DNA of 64,000 nt, taken from NCBI GenBank assembly GCA_965287045.1, contig OZ336876.1, forward strand, positions 65,534,001-65,598,000, read 5' to 3'. The DNA is from Carcharhinus amblyrhynchos (taxonomy: Eukaryota). Both the position numbers and the translations under genes were made by a program. This document shows, in pieces, positions 1-14,875 of this stretch. Position 1 is the stretch's first letter; the number at the start of each line of letters is the position of its first letter. The notes under the pieces are model-generated. The model saw nothing but the letters and a program-made list of their open reading frames with translations, was not told the DNA's origin and ran no database searches.

Positions 1-238
1 ATTTTTCTTTAGAATAATACATTTGATATACTTAGTCACATTATTTCTGCTATTGTTTTTGCACAAAAAGCTCTCAGAAGTAGTACTGGTAGTTGCTTGT
101 GTTTTAGTCACAAGTCACTTGAACTAACCAAACTTATTTCTATTAATTGAATGCAGATGTGTCATTAATCAGATACATTTACATAGGATGTGTTAACTAT
201 TGTAACTTTTTACTAACCTGATTCAGTTAAGCATCATT

Positions 239-940
239 GGGCTGGGTTTTACGGGGCACTGCAATCTTCAGCCTGGTCAATTAAAAAGTCGATTGGGAGC
301 ACACCCACCAAAAAACACTTGGAGGGATATTAGTTGGCTCACGGTGAGATTTCTACCCACATCTGAGGAGGAAGTTCTGAATTAGAGAGTTGTTGGCCAG
401 TTTGATTGGCTGGCGGTCCTATAGGCCCAGCAGCACCAAGTTTGAGGAGTGAGGAGATTAGGGACCCAGACTTCAAGTTTGGTCAGAGTATCGGCAGGGC
501 AGACACCAGTGGCGGGGAGGGAGGTACAAGGAGGGCTGGGTTTGAGAAGCTCGGATGGAAGGTTAAAGGGGTGTATGATCTTCAGTGGGGGAGGGGTGCC
601 TCTGTTGGGAACAGGCGACTGCCAAAGGATATTGCCACCAACATTCGCCTCCTTCCTCCCCTGCCATACATCAACCTACTCAATAAAAGATGTTGGGTTA
701 CCCAACTTTACTCTGCGGGAGTAAAATAGTGGCAAAGGTGGGATGAGGTACTTAAGAAGCCATTAACCTGGGGTTCAATTGGCACAAGGGTGAACTGGCC
801 CTCTGACACCTCCATTGTTCGTTGTAAAATGGGAGACAGATCAGTGTTGGCTGGGACATGATGGGCAGGCCACGTGCTGCATTTTACAAACCCCCCTGCC
901 TTCAAACATGGATGTGGGGGATGCTGTAAACTGCAACCAT
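239..940. mobile_element. GC-richer TIR-type non-autonomous repeat remnant
   Basis: Starts gggctgggttttacgg and ends ctgtaaactgcaacc (degenerate inverted termini); GC-rich block within AT-rich flanks. Confidence 0.45.
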
Positions 941-2202
941 TGGATTAACAACTACATCTGTTTAAAAATTAAACATAAAATTAAAGTTTACAAGCTTAAA
1001 TATACTTTGTCAGCACAATCCATAGAGGAATTGTATTGTAAAAGTGAAACTGCTGAATTTTCTTTAGACCCTGACCTGCAGGATCATACAATTGGCAGAA
1101 GATCAGTCAATAAACATTTACCACAAGTGCAAAGTACCTTGAGATTCAAGTTTTCCCCTGCTCTTTCCTGTGGCAGAAGAGGAGGGTGGGTATGGGGAAA
1201 AAAGGAATTTAATTTGGCATTAAAAAATGGGTATCTTTATAGATTTGCATTATGGAACATCGCCGTGTAGCTGTATCTGCAAGTTAAGTCATTTTATTAG
1301 CAAAAAGAAAGATTTTAATGAGGCCACATCAAATAAAAAGGCACACGTTTTGGTGATGAATTATCCATTAATACTTACAAACAGAAACTATCTTTTTATG
1401 GGCACCGTACATCATTCATCCTACTTCAGCTATTTGAAAAATGTTACCTACATTAAAATCACTTAAATAATAAAACCAGCATGTCTGTCCAGTTACCAAG
1501 TTTACTATGCAATAACCCTAATAACCACTTAAGACAAATCAAAAATCTTGTTACAGAGACAAAAGTAGAAATGGAACGAACAAAAAGTGATTTGAACAGA
1601 ATGGTACTGATTGGAAGAGAAAGTGCTGTACAAAACGTTACCGTGGGTTGTGGTTTTGCTAAATTAGTTCCTCCATAGATATAACACCCAGTTGACTGCT
1701 CAAGCTATCAATGTCTTTAAATTTTTACATTTTTTCTTCCACAGTCCAAGATATCTTTCAACATGCCACACTTTCACAGACAAAAAGAAAAGTCAGAGTT
1801 TGAAAGATTAGGATTAGAAGTAATCGCAACTAAAGAATTTCACTGAGAATTTGCTCGGAAGTTCATAACTGGCTGCATAATTTTGGTACAAACACTGTTT
1901 ATGGGTGAGGTTTCCACTGACCCTTTCTGTCCAAATTATGGTGGTCAATAAATCAGGAGAACCCCTGAGAAATTTCCCACATTCGTGTCATGGCTGCCAT
2001 TTCTAGCCAACCACTTTGCCTGCAAGTGGCTAAACATAGTAAGTTATCTAAAGATGTAGGTGAAAAATCTTTAATAATTTGAAAGCAGGGGAGATCATTC
2101 TCCAAGAGTGGTTGGGCTCCCCATACCTGCCCAATCAGTAACTCATTCTGAATAAAGCATTAACGTGGCCGATCCTGTGCAAGTTCTTGGTAAGTTCTTA
2201 GT

Positions 2203-3824
2203 TGCTCGACAGACTGGAGGGGCTGATTGTGGACAAGTCCCCAGGACCGGATGGAATGCATCCGAGGGTTCTGAAAGAAATGGCGGAGGTGATAGTGGAT
2301 GCCTTGGTGGTTATTTTCCAGACGTCGCTGGATTCCGGGGAAGTGCTGGATGATTGGAAAACGGCTAATGTTACGCCGTTGTTTAAGAAGGGTGCCAGGC
2401 AAAAGGCGGGGAATTATAGGCCGGTTAGTTTAACGTCTGTGGTAGGTAAAATGTTAGAATCTGTCATTAAGGAGGAAATTGCAAGGCATTTTGAAGGGAA
2501 TTGCTTGATAGAGCAGACGCAGCACGGTTTCATTAAAGGGAAGTCGTGTCTGACAAATTTACTGGAGTTCTATGAGGATGTGTCTCGGGCAGTGGATAGA
2601 GGAGAGCCGGTGGATGTAGTCTTTCTAGATTTTCAGAAGGCGTTTGACAAAGTACCTCACAAGAGGTTATTGCAGAAGGTCGAGGGACATGGAGTTGGGG
2701 GTAGGGTGTTAGCGTGGATAGAGGATCGGTTGTCAAATAGGAGGCAGAGAGTGGGAGTCAACGGGTGCTATTCGGATTGGCGGATGGTGACTAGTGGAGT
2801 GCCCCAGGGGTTGGTGCTGGGGCCTCAGCTTTTTACCATTTATATAGATGATCTGGAGAAGGGAACTGAGTGTAGGGTGTCGAAATTTGCTGATGACACC
2901 AAGATTGGGGGAAAGGCAAATTGTGCGGAGGGTGTGGAGAGTCTGCAGAAGGATCTAGATAGGCTGAGCGAATGGGCCAGGAAATGGCAAATGGAATTTA
3001 ATGTTGGCAAGTGTGAGGTGGTCCACTTTGGTAGGAATAATGGTAGGAAGGATTATTACTTACGGGGTGAAAAACTGCAGCAGGCGACGGTGCAGAGGGA
3101 CCTAGGGGTCCTTGTGCATGAGTCGCAAAAACCCAGCTTGCAGGTGCAGCAGGTGGTCAGGAAGGCGAATGGGATGCTGGCCTTCATAGCGAGGGGGATT
3201 GAATATAAAAGTAGGGAGGTCTTGCTGCAGCTGTATAGGGCATTGGTGAGGCCGCAGCTGGAGTACTGTGTGCAGTTTTGGGCGCCGCACCTGCGCAAAG
3301 ATATTTTGGCCTTGGAGGGAGTGCAGAGGAGGTTTACTAGGCTGATACCGGAGTTGAGGGGGTTGAGCTATGAGGAGAGGCTGAATAAACTAGGCTTGTA
3401 CTCGTTAGAGTTTAGAAGAATGAGGGGAGATCTCATTGAGACGTATAAGATGATGAATGGGATAGATAGGATAGAGGTGGAGAGACTCTTCCCGCTCAAA
3501 AAAGACAGTAGGACTAGGGGGCACAGCCTCAAGATAAAGGGGGGGGCGGTTTAGAACAGAGTTGAGGAGGAACTTCTTCACTCAAAGGGTGGTGAATCTC
3601 TGGAATTCTCTGCCCGTTGAAGTGGTGGAGGCTGCCTCGCTAAATATTTTTAAGACGCGGGTTGATGGGTTTTTGATAAGAGAGGGGATTAAGGGTTATG
3701 GGGAGAGGGCGGGAAAGTGGAACTGAGCCACGACAGATCAGCCATGATCTTATTGAATGGCGGGGCAGGCTCAAAGGGCTAGATGGCCTACTCCTGCTCC
3801 TATTTCTTATGTTCTCATGTTATG
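2203..3824 (+). mobile_element. Young 5'-truncated CR1-clade LINE (RT domain plus 3'UTR), copy A
   Basis: ORF 2202-3554 has RT motifs (KSPGPDG, QHGF, FLDFQKAFDKVPH, GVPQG, FADDTK). It is frameshifted in the G-run near 3540 and ends in the short-repeat tail tatttcttatgttctcatg. Nearly identical to 36052-37667. Confidence 0.95.
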
Positions 3825-6117
3825 ATATTGGATTCAGAAATTATTTCAAGATTGCCATCTGAGGAAGTTTCAGATTAAAGGAAACAAATCTAAGGAAGAG
3901 CAACAGTGGGTAACAGATCAGCAAAGAGGAGTAACTTCACAAACAGGTATAGATGAAATCACCTTAGGTACAAAAATAAGGAGGATATGCTGAGTGGTAC
4001 AAGAATGAGAGACGAACAATCTTGAATGGTGAAAGATCAAAGAAAATGGTTTGCCCTATTGTCCAACATTTCACTTGGCCAAATTTTCATGCTCAGTAAA
4101 AGGGTGGAATTTTGGCGGCATTTTACGAAGTCACCCAATTTTCATTCCATTGATCGGAAATCAGGCAGGAATTTAGCTCATTAAATCATCATCAGTGAAG
4201 GTGAAAATTTACTCCATCAATTTCAAATTTGTGAAAATCACCCTTATGGACAGCTGATGATCGTTCAAACCTCTTGAGGAATTAAATTATTATAAAGGGT
4301 AACATGCCTTGACAAAAATCATTTACTATCTGTTATTGAGCAATGGATTTTAATATTCTTCTGTTTTTATTTTGTGTGCGCAAGAACAGAGAATAAAAAT
4401 ATGGAGGATGACATCGCAGGCTGGCCTGTTAGCACCAACCTCATTTCATGGAACAAAATAAAAGTAAATATCAAAAGTTTGCTAAAAATCTATATTAATT
4501 AAAAGTGTTTACATTTATGCATATAGCACCAGCTTTTTGATTGAGGAAATTAATTGTTGCAAATCTAAGAGAATTCTGATAAAGATCCAATAAAACTTAG
4601 TAATTGTTTATTTCTTAAGCACATATTTTTGGCACAATTAAATGAAAAGGAACACATCAAGGCTTTTAAATTGATTTAAAAGGAAAATTGCTAATGATAG
4701 TTAATGGTTTTGCTTTGGCACAACATAAAGACAAAATACTTAAGTTTTGTTTTTGAATCAGCATAATTCTGGATCTGCATCTGGATCGAAAATTGGGTTT
4801 TGACAGTGCTGAGATTAATACAATACAGAGATTGGTTATTTTACCCTGATATTCAAAGAAAATGACTAAATTGAACACCTAGAAATTAAAGCCTAATTAC
4901 ATTGGTGGGAAAAATTTAGAAGTATTCAATGGGATATTGTCAAAGATCATAAATAATAATCAGCATGGATTCAGAAGCATTGTTAGCTTTTAGAGGGATT
5001 AACTGAAATAATGAGGACTATTTAGATTTTCAAACAAAAAGGTCATGCAAGTGGAGCTTTTAAAAGGTCAAGGTTCAGGGCATTACTGGCATATTGGATA
5101 GTAGAGTCAAAACTAGTTTGGTAATTGAAAGCAAGTACTTGTTAAAATTAAAAAATATATATCTTGGCTTCTGAGAGGAATGGAACTCTGCAGCGGTTTG
5201 TTTTCTTTCCCTGCCATTAAGGGTATTACAAATAAATGATTTGCAGAACAGTGTTTCTTCTAATAATGAATTTGCTGATGATAAATTTATGTGATCAAGT
5301 GAGAAGTGTACAGGAGAAACTGCATTCAAAGTATTCTGGTCCGATTAAAAAGATTGGTTTGCCAAGTTTTAAAAAATTGCAGATAGAACACAATATGGCA
5401 GGAAACAACACATTTTCGTGTTGAAGGGATATCTATTAATATGGATATTGCAGGATTATAATGAATCACAAGAAAAATCAATGTGATACTATTGGGAATC
5501 TTGAGTATTATTGAGTGGGATATATTCCAGGATTAAAGGTCAATAACAAATGGGCTATTTATGGTTTTTCATCTACATTTTTGCAAGATCTAATGGAGCA
5601 GTATATGGAAATTCAATTCTTCAAACAATAAATGAAGATATTGAATGATCAATGTGTTTGTGATCATGTAAAATTACCCGCTATGAAGAAACATTTCCAG
5701 CAAAACCACAAAACTGTCCCACACAACTAATTGCAGCTCTCTGCAATACTAGTCAACGTTCAGATTGTTTTTCTTTAAACTATGTTTACACTTTCAAGTG
5801 GCCTATTGTATATCACTGCAATGCATTGAACCATATTTTATCTATAGCATGGCTATTAGCAGCTGAAAGGCTCTCCTCTCACAAAACAATCCTAATAAGG
5901 CACTAGAAGTTACTTTAAGATGGCATTATTTGATGTTATTAAGTCGAATTCACGCAAGTGAAATGTGATTGCCAGATCTGATCTTGGGATATCCTTGAAT
6001 TCCATTATTCTTGCATTTAATCAGAATTAGAAATCAACAGTGAAGCTCAGTGGGAAGATCCTTGCTTGTCATTTGAACTGGTGCTGGTTTAGATGCAAAT
6101 TAAAAAGATTGCTGTTG

Positions 6118-6300
6118 CAAGATCCAAGATGGCCATCCACAGATCCAGGCAGTGTACAGTTGAAGGTGTTGCTCAGCCTGAATATCTGCCTCCCCACTCA
6201 GGTGTCGCTGAAGAGGGAGCACACATCATGTCCAACGGCACACTTGAGACCTTCATGACTGACGTGCACGAGAGGGTCTTAATGAATTGTCAGAACCCAA
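6118..6300 (+). mobile_element. Tx1/L1-type ORF2 C-terminal fragment downstream of the RNF217 stop
   Basis: KMAIHRSRQ..VEGV.QP..LP and VSL.REH...GTLETF resemble recalled Tx1-clade ORF2 ends. Confidence 0.55.
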
Positions 6301-7257
6301 GACCAAATTTTAATTTTCTTTAATGTGTGTTTATAGAACTTCCACTTTCTTAGTGCCCCATGAATAGGACACTTATCCCTTTAAAATTTGTTGACATCAG
6401 TCATCCAAATTGGCAACGAACAAGAAAAAAAAAGTTTCTTTGTGCATTATCTGAATTTGTTATGCATGTTCACACTTCAGCAACCCATTAGTTTTGATCA
6501 GATTCCAAATTTTCCACTTTTGAAATAAAACATGGGCAGAACTCGTTGAAAACAAAATCTATGCTATGCATTATTTTGGCTAAAATGCAAACTCTTGCTT
6601 TGACTGTGATCCCAAAATGTTAAAGATCAGGTCTGGTTACTTTTGTTAAGTGGCAAAGTCAACTTGGGAATTAGTGTGAAATACTCCAGTCTGAGCTGAA
6701 TTACAATCGCCACCTCTGCAGATATTAATTGCCAGAAAAGTTGTGAATAAAATTTCCAATTAGATATAATCTTAATGAAGTGACATGTATAGCACAGAAA
6801 TATCCCTTGAGATGAGAATCTTCATTGAGAAGGGAACAGGAATATCACATAGTGCAGAGAAAAGTTTGCTTCTGTAATTGAGGTTTTAAGACAGTATTAG
6901 GACAATGCAAGGAGTGCAAACATTGCCAGAGGTCCCCATCATCCATGATTATAGCTTAGTACTGCTAACATGTGCAAAATGGAAAAACAGCCCTATCTCC
7001 AGCAGTGTTATCTTTACCCCAGATCAATTTTTTTTCTTTCTTGAGTTGTACATCACAGTGCTTAAAGCCAACTCTTTGGAAGTTATTCTGGGAATGGCGT
7101 AGTAATATGGCCAAGAAATACTTTGTAGCATCATTCCCAGTTTCATGGTTGTTCAGTATCTTGATGCTAGTTACGTGCTATTGCTTCTCACTGCAGAGCT
7201 TTGAGAGGACCTTGACACATCCGTTGTTATCAATGTAAACAAGGCGCTTTTCTTTTT

Positions 7258-7331
7258 TCACGTAAACATACCAGTCTGTGATCTTTTCCTCTGCTTCTTA
7301 CAAATGTAATAGATAGGAAAGATAAACAAGC
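7258..7331 (-). CDS. RNF217: RNF217 last coding exon (end of TM segment, basic tail, stop)
   Basis: Not in the ORF track. Polypyrimidine tract plus gatag|GC acceptor. (G)LFIFPIYYICKKQRKRSQTGMFT, TGA at 7260-7258. The 3'UTR extends toward lower coordinates; its end was not determined. Confidence 0.93.
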
Positions 7332-7657
7332 CTATCAAAAAAGAAAAGAAAATTGCATTAGCAAATTAATAACTAGCGAATGAAGGAGAAGCAACAAAAA
7401 ATAAAAAGCAATATATTTGGAAACTAACTTCTTATAGTGAATTACAATATTATTTTTACTACACTGTGAATGGAATACACAAAATATTCTTTGATTATTG
7501 TTATACTTTGAGGAGTGAGATACATAATCTAAAATGTGGAAAAAATGTGAAAAAAATCAATGCAATAAAAATATAGGAAGAGAATTTTATTACTGTTCTC
7601 CTCCATCTAAGATACTTCCACTGTAAAACTAGAAATGGTTCAGGTCACTTTCTCTGT

Positions 7658-7785
7658 GGCCAGAATTTTCTGGCTCTGCCATTGTGGTATCTACCATGAG
7701 AGATGTGGCAGGCCAGCCAAAGGTCTTTTGACTTTCAATGGGATTAGACAATCCTGGTGGTGGGTGGGGCTGGAAAATCCCACCT
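7658..7785. mobile_element. ~128-bp MITE-like element with terminal inverted repeats
   Basis: Left ggccagaattttctggctctgcc and the reverse complement of the right end, aggtgggattttccagccccacc, differ from a shared GGGCGGGATTTTCCGGCCCCGCC mainly by CpG-type changes. Confidence 0.65.
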
Positions 7786-10700
7786 TGCTACCAGTTAATG
7801 TACAGAAGTCACCACCTGGCAGCGCAAAATACAAAGTTGTTCTGTAAAATATTTACTTTGGATTTGTGGCATTTATTAGCTTGCTATTTGGAGTCTGGTA
7901 AACAAAATAAAAAAGGCCTTTGCGTTCATTCCTTCAAAGTCGCCAAATTCGATTTAACCCATAACAGATTTGCAGGTTATTTCTTTACAAAATAGTTTTA
8001 AAAAAGATACTCTGAAGCACAGTTCACATTCTGTGGGATTTATCACAACATCACTGGGGACATGCAAGGCCGTTTAACCTATCTAAAGAACTCCTCCAGC
8101 AAAACAGCAATGTAGCTTTTCATTATTTCAAACGATTCCAGGATTTTTGCTTTCATTATTTTACCAAGTAGCTTATTCCACACGTTGACCACTTTTTCAT
8201 GAACAAGAATTTCTTAATATCGATTCAAAAAAATCCATCTTCTTCACAACCTGAAACATTTGTTCTGTTATGGCAGTTAAGAGTAACAATCACAGTTAAA
8301 TTTACATATATCACTAAGATGATCTTTTAGTTATTTTCTATCCAAACTATAAAGTCCAGGTTTCTCTAGTCTCTTCTCATATAGCAGAGTTCTACAGCCC
8401 CCACTGCAGGTTTGCCAACTCCCTGAACCTGTCCTCAGCTTTTCGGGAAAGACCTGGAGTAGCCCAACTGCCCTTGCCTCCATCAGGACCCTTAAATGGC
8501 CAATTAAGACTTGTTCTCCATCTTGGCCTCAACTTTGAGACAGGTGGAAGTCAGAGACAGGGGAAGCCGGCAGATCTCCCTGCTTGGGCCTTTGGTGGGA
8601 AAAGAGGGTAGCACCAATATAACCAGCCCCCTTTCTTTATTGGGCACACTCCAGACCCCCTTTCCCTCGATGGGCTGATCTCTGGGTGCCCTCTCTTCAT
8701 TCAACTTTGCCATCCGGCCACTCTCCATGAAACCCACTTACCTCCAACTTGGCCCAGGGGCTAATCTGGAGACTGCTTGGAGTCACAGCAGTGGCCACAG
8801 TTCCCAATGATGCTGCTGGGATGACAAAGCTGATAACCTACCCTTGGGGCATTAAATGGCTGCAAAATTTATTCCCTATTGACTCTCAGATGGTGCAGCA
8901 GTATAACCAATGATCCTTAAAATTTTGCCCATCATTTATCAGCCTTTTGGTGCTTCTTTGCACATCTTCCTGCACTTGAATGTTTTGGGCAATGAGAACT
9001 GGACAATTGAACACTTCACATTTTTCACATATATATGGACTCTCACAATCTGCCCATAGGCAGGAACAGATCAAGTTAGAGTCAGGTTATAATTCCACAT
9101 GCACAATCTCTGAAGTCAGGGATAGCCTTATAAGAAACGCGCTTTTTTCGTCTCTCTTCCCCTCCCCCCAATTATTTTGGTCAATTCTTACAGGTTTTGG
9201 AAACCAAACTTATTTGAAAGTTTGGAAAGCTTGGGGCAAGTCCACCAAGGAGTCAGAACATTCTGACGAGTGAGTGTAAAATGTTTTAAGAACTTTAAAT
9301 GTCTTTATTAGATACTGTATTATACATTAGATGCATTTTTATGATTGATCATAAGGCTTGGTCCTGTAAACATTTCATTACATTTCAGCGTTGTCTAAGT
9401 GCTGAGATGCATTAGAGTACTTTTTCCATTCAGAGTGTGTTATTACAGATTCACAACTGAAGAAAACAGTGCTTAAAAACTCTGTCATGATTTGAAATTA
9501 TTTAAATATCTAAAGTACTTCAAATCTGAAAAAAGCCTGCAGCTTTTATTCAGGTAAGAAAAAGAACAAACAATCTGCTCGTGGACTGCTTTGATCGACA
9601 CGATATAGGGTATAGCTTAGAAAAAAACATAGCTATCTGTTTTTCAAAAGGCTTCACTGTCTGAAGCAGTAATAGTTTGTATGAAAGCAGAGCCAAATAT
9701 GAATGCTTGGTTGAATTTCAAAAGCTTATGAATCACTTATCTCAACAGACAAAAAACAGAAAATGCTGGAAAATCTCAGCAGATCTGTGGAGAGAAAGCT
9801 AAGCTATTGTTTGGATGACTCTTTGTCAGAGCATCAACAATGAGTTGTTTAAGTATTCTGATTGACAGTTTTAAGAATTATTAAAAGAAGCATCTGTCTT
9901 TAATGTGGTTATGGAATAGACGGTTTTATTTGTTGTTACAATTAAACAACTACATGAGAGGATTTAAGTATTTTCTGAATGGGTTTGGAGTTTTTTTTTC
10001 CCCCCAGAATGAACTGTTGTGTTTTCAAGTGACAGCTCTATTAAGTTGTTAAAAGTTTACCTTTTCTCATGCCCATTTCATAGACTTACCTTATTGTTAC
10101 ATGGCTGCTGAGGACTGTACATATTGTATACAGGATGAGTGGATATAGAGAACACATATGGTCATGGTGGGCCACAGGTACATTGGGAGTATAAGGGGCA
10201 TGGAGTACAAGGTGGGATAAGAACGATGTGGAAAGCTGGGCCAATGTCCAAGCAAACTGAGGTGAGCCTGACTCAACACCTGCACTCCTTAGACAACGCC
10301 TCAGGAGTTGGGAAATCCAAGCTCTACATTGCCCAGAGATGAAAACATGGTGGATGTGGGCAAAAACAATGGGTTGAGTTTTCCAAAATCAAGAAATGGT
10401 CTGATTCACATTTCCCGAGTTTAAAATGAAAAATGAAGCACAAATCGTACAGCGTGTGTTCTGATTAAAGTACTATAAAGTAATTTTCTCTAACTCATAT
10501 TCCATCATTTGGATATTAGCTTAATTGTTATTTTGTATTTGTAAGACATTTTAAAGTTGAGCCGAAGAGTCTTTTAACATCATTCATGACCTACACGTGT
10601 TGTCTATTTTTTCTTCCTATGAATAACACCTAGACTCAAATTGCTGGCTCTATTCTCTCCCCATAGATGCTGCCAGACCTGCTGAGATTTTTCAACATAT

Positions 10701-12023
10701 TCTGTTTTTGTAACAGATTACAAAATAATTCACATTGTTTACTTTAAGATCTGCATTAAATTTCATGACATTGTTCTGTCTCGTCGCCCTCAGTAATTTT
10801 TAAAAAAATGTTTGAGATATAAAAAAATGCAACATTTGGCATGTAGCCAAAATAAATAGGACACAATAAGCACTTACATAGCATTATTTTTAAAAATTGG
10901 CATAGTTAAATATGGGCATTTGAGGTTTCCCAAAATCCTCCCATTGCAGAGGCAAAGAGAAGTGTTTTGCCCTCCAGTGCCTATTGCTCCATTCGTTACA
11001 ACAACAAGACTGAAAGCCCTTACAATTGTGTATTTAAAATTACACTTTAATGATAACCCTGTTGGTGTGTTTGCACACCTACTTCACTGAAATGAGGCAC
11101 ATATTGCATTACATAAACATTATAATTATCTTTTCTATTTACAGTCGATTGAGAATTTATATTCCTTCCTACAAGACTTTTAATCAGTAACCATCAACAT
11201 AAGGCTGGCTAGAATAATTTTAAGGGACATCAGATAATCAGGAGCATGGGACATATTTTCACTGCCTGAGAAATTATTGTTAAGCTCAAATACAATAATA
11301 ATTTACAAGAATATTTCATTTTATATGTGTATGCATACACACACACACACACTAGCCAGCCAAATGCTCTTATTCCTTCCTGTGTTGTGTTGAAATTGCC
11401 TCATTTCATCACTGTCAAATTTAGCTGATGTTCGGTCATTCACTCAAAAATTATGGAACGCTCTACCAACCCAACCACAAACCCCCTCAACTTCTTTAAG
11501 TTTCCTTTCTTGCAAAAATCTATGGAGTATTAAAAAAATAGAATTGAACTACTTCTTGATTCAGCTCAATTGCTTTTGTTTACTTTAAGATCGATGTTGC
11601 GCTTTATTTTTTTAATGATTCTTGGCCCTTCACACAAACATCACAGTAAAAATCCCATTAACAAGCCTTAGAATCTACAGGCATACAATATTGTTAGTAT
11701 TCACCATGTCCTGTCACCAAGGCTTTGAACAGCTTACTCACAAAATGGGCAGAATTTTCTGAAGCTCTACATCATCAGTAGATCACTTGCAGTATTTGAT
11801 ATTCTGCCATTGGTGCAGGGCCCTGGGAAGTTATGCTTGCTATGCAAGCCTGATATATACAATAATTCACAACAAAATCTATGGTATGGATGTGGTCTGA
11901 AAAAGAATGGCAATTTAAAGAATGGTCACAGAATTCTCAAGACTAACACACACACATTCCCCTCCCTGTTTGCGCACCCCCCCCCCCGCCATTTCGCCTA
12001 ACTCACTGTTCTCTCACCCCTTT

Positions 12024-12056
12024 TACACACACACACACACACAAACACACACACCC
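12024..12056. repeat. (CA)n microsatellite
   Basis: acacacac... run; a shorter one lies at ~11337-11352. Confidence 0.85.
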
Positions 12057-13927
12057 ACCCTCTTATGTACACAGACAGACAAACCCTCAATCCTCTCTCT
12101 CAGATGCCAGTGATTCCCATTTGTTCCACACCCCAACCCTTACCATGACCACCTTGCCCCCACTCCCAACTGCAGGAGAAGGTTACTGACACAGCCAAGT
12201 ACTCGCTCAAATAACAGATCAGAGCAAAGCATGACATGCAACTGAGAACAGTGGTGGGCAGTTTAGCAAGCAACTGGAGAAGATCCCGAAACAGTCCCAG
12301 CATCATGAGTGCAAAAGGACAAATCTAATGATTGAGCACTGCACCATTGTAGATGCTTATCTTTAGCCACTTTGATTCACTTCATCCATATGACATTAAG
12401 AAACAGCTGAGTGCACTGATTATAGGTCCTGACGATATATTTGTTGCATTGAATATCTGCACACTAGATACAACCAGCTGCCTCTTTCCCTCCTGCCAAA
12501 CTATTCCAGCACAGCTATGAAACTACCCATTTGACTATCAAACAGTTGGAAAATTGGCAGCATGTCATATCCACAAAAGGGGCACAAATCCAATATGTCA
12601 AATTGTCTTCCAATCAATATCCTCTCAATCATCCACAAAATAATGGAAGAGCCACCAACAGTGCCGTGAAGCAGCAGCTATTTATTAGAAACCTGCTTAG
12701 CTAAGTTCCCATCAGAGTCACTCAGCTCCATACCTCATCGCAATATTGATTTTGGCATAAATACAAAAACTGGATGTATCCTTGACATCAAGGCAAGTGT
12801 TTGACCAATATGACAACACAGAACTGAAATCAACAGGGGAATTGAAGGCTGGGAGGGGAGGAGGGTGGTTAGAGGAAAACCCTGCTGGATTTATACTACA
12901 GACAGGAAGTTGATCATAATCAACACTGCAGCCCCATGAGATCCTCAGCGCATCATTTACAGCTGAACCATCTTCATCAAACAATCAGGACCAAATGTCA
13001 TCGGATTCTTAAGGAAATGACTGTGAATGAATTATTTTCAGTAGTTCACTTGGAATTGGAAGTTCACTGAGAAAAAGGAGGGAGGTGTCAGATGGCTGGG
13101 GAAAGGTGTATGTGGTGCTTTACTTACAAAAGGGATTAAAATCACAACCTAGAAACTGTAGTCCTGTTGCATTGATTGATAAATTCAGAATACTTGAGCT
13201 TGATAGGGTAGGCCCAACGTGGCTTCAGGAAGCAGAGGTCATATCTCAAAAGCTTTACGCCATTTTGTTTTGAATTAGTTACTAAGTCCTGAATGGGGGG
13301 AGTCACCTACATTTAGCTGAAGTTAAATGTAGCTGGAAGAGATGGAGATTTGTGACTGATCAATGACTATTACCTAAAGGCTCAAGGATAGCGTCAGAAC
13401 TTAAGAGAATCCTGGTGGGTACAATTGAAAACTGGGGACTCATTAGAAAGATTGTACACGTGAGGCCTCATAAGGAGTACTCTGTCATTTTGATCTTTAC
13501 ACCTTCAGAAGCTTTAGAAGGGGCACAGGAAGGAGTAGAAAAAATGATGGCTGACAACTGTACTGCAATTACTTTCTGTAATTATATTGTCATACATACT
13601 GCTTATTAAAATGATTACTGCTTTTATGGAAGTGTTTGCTAATTTTTTTTATTTCGAGGGGAAAGTAGCCAAAGAAAGGCCATTATATCAACAGGGATTA
13701 TGATCCATTTCAATACAAACTAAAATTTTATGTTGTGCATTTGGACAAAAAAAAAGAGGTTTGCTAGATATATGCAAAAAGGCAGTACCACTTTAACAAA
13801 ATAGGGAAAATTATTTCTGGAAATGGCGCTTGTACAATTATCCTTAGAAAATATTTTAAAAATCAATACATAATAAAGAACTAAGTTTTGTCACTGATTA
13901 TACAAGACTAGGGAAAGCACAATTTCT

Positions 13928-13946
13928 CTTGCAGTAGATGGCGCAA
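13928..13946 (+). promoter_or_regulatory. Candidate CTCF site
   Basis: ttgCAGTAGATGGCGCaa matches the CTCF core CCASYAGRKGGCRS at all but the first position, in apparently non-repetitive intron 5 sequence. Motif match only. Confidence 0.4.
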
Positions 13947-14394
13947 TTGCAAAATTACTCTTTTTCTATTAGAACAGTAACTTGACAAACCCACTCCTGT
14001 CACAACCTCAAAACTCTGCCTGTCTCCCTTCTTTGCATAATCTTAAGATTTTTAAAACGCACATTTAATTATCATTTAATGATTTGTCTGGACTTCCCCC
14101 TAGACTTTTCAATCTCAATAGTGTCCTTTACTATAGAATCTAACATTTAACTATGGTTCCTCTTTAAAAGAGGATCTGTTCACCCAGAATTTGTAATGGG
14201 TCTGCTCTGCTGTCAACTTTTCTTCAGCTCCACTCCTGGTGCTCAGTACTCAAAACAATATATTTTAATCATTTGTTTTCACGTTCCCCATAGAATATTT
14301 CTTTCTATTCCTCTGGAAAGGGGTAATTTTACAAATTAGAGATTTTCCTGTAATTCAAGTACAATTGTCCCCAACAACATATTAAAAAAACTGA

Positions 14395-14875
14395 AGAAAA
14401 ATATGCATCTTTACAGAGCTCTCCACCACCTCAGGTAATCCCAATGTTTACAACCCATTAAGTACTTCTGAAGTGTATTCAATTATTTAACGTAGGAAAC
14501 AATAATAACATCACAACTTCCAAACATGATGAAATAAAACTTCAATTCTTTGTTTTACATGTTAGTCCAGCATTAAATATTGGCCAGGAACACTAAGAAT
14601 TCATGGAATAATTCACATATACATGAAGCAGTAAGCAGAGGTTCAGCTCAACTTCTTATCAAAAAGGTCAGCATCAGTAATGCTTTGAGGTGTCAGGCTT
14701 GGTTATGTGCTCAAGTTGCTGTAGGGGGCCTTGAACACATGTCATCTGGCTCTCAACATTTTTAAAATATTCATATTCAGGAGTGTGAGCATCAATGACA
14801 GAACCAGTGTTTGTTGCCCATTCATAAGTGTCCTTAAGAAGTTGGTGGTGAGTTGAGCATTCAGCACTGAGCCAA
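14395..14875 (-). mobile_element. Old Deu-domain (AmnSINE1-like) SINE
   Basis: Minus strand shows gtgttcctggccaatattt and tttcctac...acacttcagaagtactt...gggattacctgagg, matching the recalled AmnSINE1/Deu-SINE core and tail. Further pieces near 25345-25570 and 26612-26730. Confidence 0.65.

Noticed and set aside
4366-4612. RNF217 poly(A) signals (AATAAA on minus at 4366-4371 and 4607-4612)
   Set aside because: Such hexamers are common in AT-rich DNA and cannot be assigned without transcript data.
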